Positions 60,941-64,000 of a DNA stretch of 64,000 nt are shown piece by piece. The stretch lies in NCBI GenBank assembly GCA_964016885.1, contig OZ024759.1:17174001-17238000 (forward strand), given 5' to 3'. This DNA is from Eledone cirrhosa (taxonomy: Eukaryota). Each line of letters starts with the position of its first letter. Within the stretch, counting starts at the first letter, position 1. Position numbers and translations under genes: made by a program. The notes under the pieces were generated by a model. The model saw only the letters and a list, made by a program, of their open reading frames with translations. It was not told the origin of the DNA and made no database searches.

Positions 60941-61609
60941 TATATATATGATATATATATATAATTCTTGCAGCTACAACTACTATTATTGTTTTTAGCC
61001 ACTAATTAATCAAATTTAAAAAATGCATTACTCTTTCTCTTCCTCTCACCACTGTATATCTTTCTCCCTCCACACTACTGTATATCTCTCCTTTTCCTTA
61101 TCGTTGCTGTTAATGGTGGTGGTGATTATAGAGTAAAATATATCCGAATATACAGAAGTTGTCTGTGTAAGGTTCAGGAAGAGACAAACGATTATCTCCC
61201 TTGATAATGACTATTTTGGCGTCTGAGGGAGATAAGTAAGTCGAATGAAATGTATCATGTAAGGGAAATAATCTGTGCCAATTCAAAGATGAGATTATAC
61301 ATGGACACTTCCTCTCCTAGAAATAGCAGCCAAATCTTTAAAACTCACACACTACCGTTTTAGAGAGGAAATAAGTGTATCTATCCTAGTTAATGTAGTC
61401 TTTGGTACACTATACCTTTAAAAAAAGCTACGTTTGACTAATACAAGTAATTTGACCAGTTAGAAATGGTAGCCAAATCTCCCTCAAACAACACCTGATC
61501 ATATTATCTGCTAAAGTAAGCACTCAATACATGCTGTAAAGTGACTGGTGTTAGGAAGCCTTTACCATGAAACTGTAATAGTAATGTAAATGCTAAAGAG
61601 TTAAATGTT

Positions 61610-61818
61610 TGCAAGGGTGGGACGGGTCCCATTCAGCGCAGCATCTCTCCACTTGTTACGGCAACTTCGTCACCTCCTCCGGAGCATCAGTGATCTGAGG
61701 TCCGCTCTCACCACCTCCGCCCATGTTTTTCGTGGTCTTCCTCTACTGCATCTTCCTTCTACTGGGATTTCTTGGCACTTCTTTACCCAGCGGTCGTCCT
61801 CCATGCGCATCACATGTC
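61610..61818 (-). mobile_element. RTE-type LINE 3' end
   Basis: Minus strand HVMRMEDDRWVKKC..VEGRCSRGRPRKTWAEVVRADL. Confidence 0.75.
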
Positions 61819-62593
61819 ATTATGATGATGATAAATACTGCAATAAGAAACTTTGTACCATAGAACCAGTAGTGGTTACAGGCAGTTCCATATCAAAATG
61901 GTTAAACAAGCCAAAGACATTTTGGTCAGATTTCGTTTTTATTTGCAAGTCAACAACAAACAACATACATAGAAAGGGGTTTAGTGATGTTGTATATGAA
62001 TGTGTCTATATGTATGCCTATATGCATGTATGTGTATAAGCATGTCTATACGTAGGCATGTGTTTATGCATGTCTATCAATATGCATATTTGTATGTATA
62101 TATATTTGTATGTATATATATCTATGTACGTATGTGTGCATAAATGTGTATACACATGTCTGTATGCATGTGTATTTGTATGTCTGTATGCATGTATATA
62201 TGTGTATGCATGTGCATAAATGCATCTCTGTTTGTATGTGTATATGTATGTATGTATGTATGCATGTGCATATATATGCATCTCTATGTATGTGTATACG
62301 CATGAGTATATATGCATATCTGTATGTATGTATTTGTATATACATGTGTCTGTATGTATATACACATGTGCATATATGGATGTGTGTATCATAAATTTAA
62401 GGTCTGTTCTTCAATATTGGCATGTAAATGTTTTGTGTATTGTGTATGCATGTACGTGTGTATGTATGTGAGTATATATATGTATGCATGCATATGTATG
62501 TGTGTATGTGTATTCAAGTGTGCAGGTGTACATGTATGTATGTGCATATCATTTCACGTTCATTTATCCATGTTGGCATGTATATGTATATGT

Positions 62594-62867
62594 ATATATA
62601 TAGTAATAATAATAAAATTGAAGACTAAAATCCAAAGAGGGCTCGATAAGGAAAATATATATCAAATATATAAGAACGCTAGAGCAAATATTTATTAAAA
62701 TAACAGATTAAAGTTTAAGCAAAGAATCGCTGCTTTCACCCTTAACGGGATCTTCTGAAACTAACAAAGTTAGTTTACAGATTGACTTTGTTAGTTTCAG
62801 AAGATCCCGTTAAGGGTGAAAGCAGCAATTCTTTGCTTAAACTTTAATCTGTTATTTTAATAAATAT
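62594..62867. mobile_element. Fold-back of PLE 3' terminus (family of 31376-32930)
   Basis: Inverted arms 62688-62770 and 62785-62867; degenerate hammerhead-like cagaaga-tccc..gggt-GAAA. Confidence 0.75.
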
Positions 62868-62954
62868 ATATATATCAAGGGCGGTGCCCCAGCATGGCCT
62901 CAGCCGGATGGCTGAAACAGGTAAAAGAGTAAAAGAGTATATATATATATATAT

Positions 62955-63405
62955 GGAAAGTTATATTTAAATTGTTGGGTTAACAACGAGTAAATATTTA
63001 TAACTGATATAAAAGCACTCAACAAGTATTTGGAGTATATTTATGATATTAAATAAATGGAAACTATATTTATAAAACCATATTTATTTCGTTATATATA
63101 TTTCAGGGATATCATATTAACAATATGTTATGCCTTCTTCAGACAAAATACAATATAAACAGTCTTATAAATAAATAGATACGACATACCTTTCAATCAC
63201 CTTGCATTTGGGAGGTTGATTTGGCAGTCAACCTCCCAAATGCAAGGTGATTGAAAGGTATGTCGTATCTATTTATTTATAAGACTGTTTATATTGTATT
63301 TTGTCTGAAGAAGGCATAACATATTGTTAATATGATATCCCTGAAATATATATAACGAAATAAATATGGTTTTATAAATATAGTTTCCATTTATTTAATA
63401 TCATA
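62955..63405. mobile_element. Fold-back insert, 178-bp arms (63042-63219 and 63228-63405), hammerhead in each arm
   Basis: Spacer tttggcag; left arm extends about 90 bp further; (TA)n on both sides. Confidence 0.85.
63297..63362 (+). ncRNA. Type I hammerhead motif (mirror copy 63085-63150, minus strand)
   Basis: tattttgt-CTGAAGA-agg..catatt-gtt-aatatg..cct-GAAA-tatata-TA-acgaaata. Confidence 0.8.
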
Positions 63406-63491
63406 TATATATATATATATATATGCATTGTATGTGCATGAGTGCGTTTGTGTTTTGTATTCTGGGTGGTTAGGTGTACGTGTAATTGTGC

Positions 63492-63902
63492 ACAGCGTAC
63501 CCCCGGCATTCGCAGTCCCAACATTCACAGTCCTGCCATTTGAGGCCCTACAATTCAGTCCTGGTTATTCGCAGAATTTCCCTTAGAACCTAACTAATAA
63601 TTCTTCATGGAAACTACCAAATATTCGCGGGATCGTAAATATCTTCCACGACTTTTTAGGGCTTTTTTTGTGGCAAAATATATTTTTTCAACGCTAAATT
63701 ATTAACAACAATATACAGTATTTGCCAGCCTATAGGACGCCCCTTTGCATAAGACGGCCCCTCTTTTTTTTTTTAATCATAATTTACGTCATATTTTGAC
63801 GTTTATATGCATTTTTATTGATCACGTCCAATATTCGCAGTTTTTCACTCTTCGCGGGTGCTCTCGGATCATAACCCCTGTGAATACCAGGGGAACAACT
63901 GT
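63492..63902. mobile_element. Possible pogo/Tigger-like MITE
   Basis: Imperfect TIRs cagcgtacccccggcattcgcag / ctgtgaataccaggggaacaactg. Confidence 0.45.
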
Positions 63903-64000
63903 GTGTATGTGTGTATACAAGGAGTATAAACCATTAAAACATATTTATATAAATATGTTTTAACGGTTTTAAACTCCTTGTATTCATTTCTTTTATAATC

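Noticed and set aside
62795-62832. Functional hammerhead in the 62594/31376 family
   Set aside because: Core reads CAGAAGA or CATAAGA, with no UH triplet or stem I; at most a vestige.

Overview
AT-rich, microsatellite-saturated animal DNA with a 200-N gap and no recognisable host protein-coding gene. The repeat repertoire suggests a cephalopod such as Octopus (inference). Almost all listed ORFs are artefacts of (TA)n, (CA)n, (TACA)n or (GGT)n tracts. The real content is mobile DNA: one 5'-truncated Penelope-like element (PLE) with an open RT + GIY-YIG frame (16406-17710), two decayed PLEs of another type, R4/Dong-type LINEs followed by (TACA)n, RTE-type LINE 3' ends, more than 20 copies of a tRNA-derived SINE, mariner MITEs, a decayed Tc1/mariner transposase and a non-autonomous Helitron. 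The main signal is invisible in the ORF track. About ten palindromic fold-back inserts sit in (TA)n tracts, and about a dozen minimal type I hammerhead ribozyme motifs from several sequence families can be read by eye. Four motifs share a CCGANGA (U4C) core variant, and one lies in a highly structured 310-nt repeat unit resembling a retrozyme (circular RNA template). All structures were read by eye; no search or folding program was run.
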